The notes under the pieces: generated by a model
The model's database searches: none
The model's input: the letters and a program-made list of their open reading frames with translations, nothing else
Told to the model about the DNA's origin: nothing
Source of the DNA: Candidatus Caldarchaeum sp.
GTDB lineage: Archaea > Thermoproteota > Nitrososphaeria_A > Caldarchaeales > Caldarchaeaceae
DNA: 61,449 nt
Direction of reading: 5' to 3'
Assembly (NCBI GenBank): GCA_038844785.1
Contig: JAWBRA010000011.1
Coordinates: forward strand, 1 to 61,449
Translations under genes and position numbers: made by a program
Shown: in pieces, positions 61,161 through 61,449 of the stretch
How the letters are laid out: each line of letters opens with the position of its first letter
Position numbering within the stretch: the stretch's first letter is position 1

Positions 61161-61210
61161 CCCATCCGTATGTATAAACTCCGGTATATAGGGAATTTTA
61201 GATAAACACG

Positions 61211-61449
61211 CTACGACGTGGATGCTTCTCTTATAAGTTGGAGGAGCTGTGTCAGCCCTTTTGCGAGGACGCTGTCTGGGTTGAGGGCTATCAGCTTGAC
61301 AGCTCGAAGCCTCCTCTGATAGACTATACCTATGCGCTCAAGGTTGTTGACCACTATGCCTACCGTTGAAGGCGCAACACCCGTAGCTCTGGCGATATAC
61401 CTGAGGCTAAAACCTTTGTTAGGGTTGTCGAGAAGAAACTGCAGTACTG
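61211..61449 (-). CDS. winged-helix transcriptional regulator (partial, runs off the window)
   Basis: ...VLQFLLDNPNKGFSLRYIARATGVAPSTVGIVVNNLERIGIV...*. Confidence 0.75.
   Translation of the reverse strand, partial: VLQFLLDNPNKGFSLRYIARATGVAPSTVGIVVNNLERIGIVYQRRLRAVKLIALNPDSVLAKGLTQLLQLIREASTS

Noticed and set aside
1-61449. CRISPR array, rRNA genes, provirus/integrase, inteins in radA or cdc48
   Set aside because: No regularly spaced repeats or rRNA-like tracts were seen, no integrase or capsid ORFs were found, and RadA and Cdc48 have normal lengths.

Overview
Gene-dense chromosomal segment from an archaeon. Markers include gatDE, radA, FEN1, CDC48, rps17e/19e, rpl10e, Rpo12, Nep1, Rpp21 and PurP. 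The gene mix suggests a TACK lineage such as Aigarchaeota/Caldarchaeales, but that placement is inference. Most of the window is housekeeping or metabolic: branched-chain amino acid synthesis, aconitase, pyruvate kinase, a LutBC-like lactate utilisation pair and glycosyltransferases. The standout signal is in the methylthioribose-1-phosphate isomerase gene (mtnA). A 27-nt stop-containing insert interrupts its catalytic THCN|AG motif and folds as a bulge-helix-bulge (BHB)-like splice motif; removing it by the archaeal tRNA-splicing rule exactly restores a 348-aa ORF. This makes it a candidate intron in an archaeal protein-coding gene other than cbf5. Other points of interest are a tRNA-His with a 12-nt D-loop intron, a bacterial-type thiO-thiS-thiG-thiE operon and a HerA-NurA pair without mre11/rad50. 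There is also near-perfect DNA identity between the two Walker-A regions of cdc48, IS6 and IS110-like remnants, several deletion-scar pseudogenes and an unannotated small ORF. All calls come from reading motifs by eye; no database searches were run.
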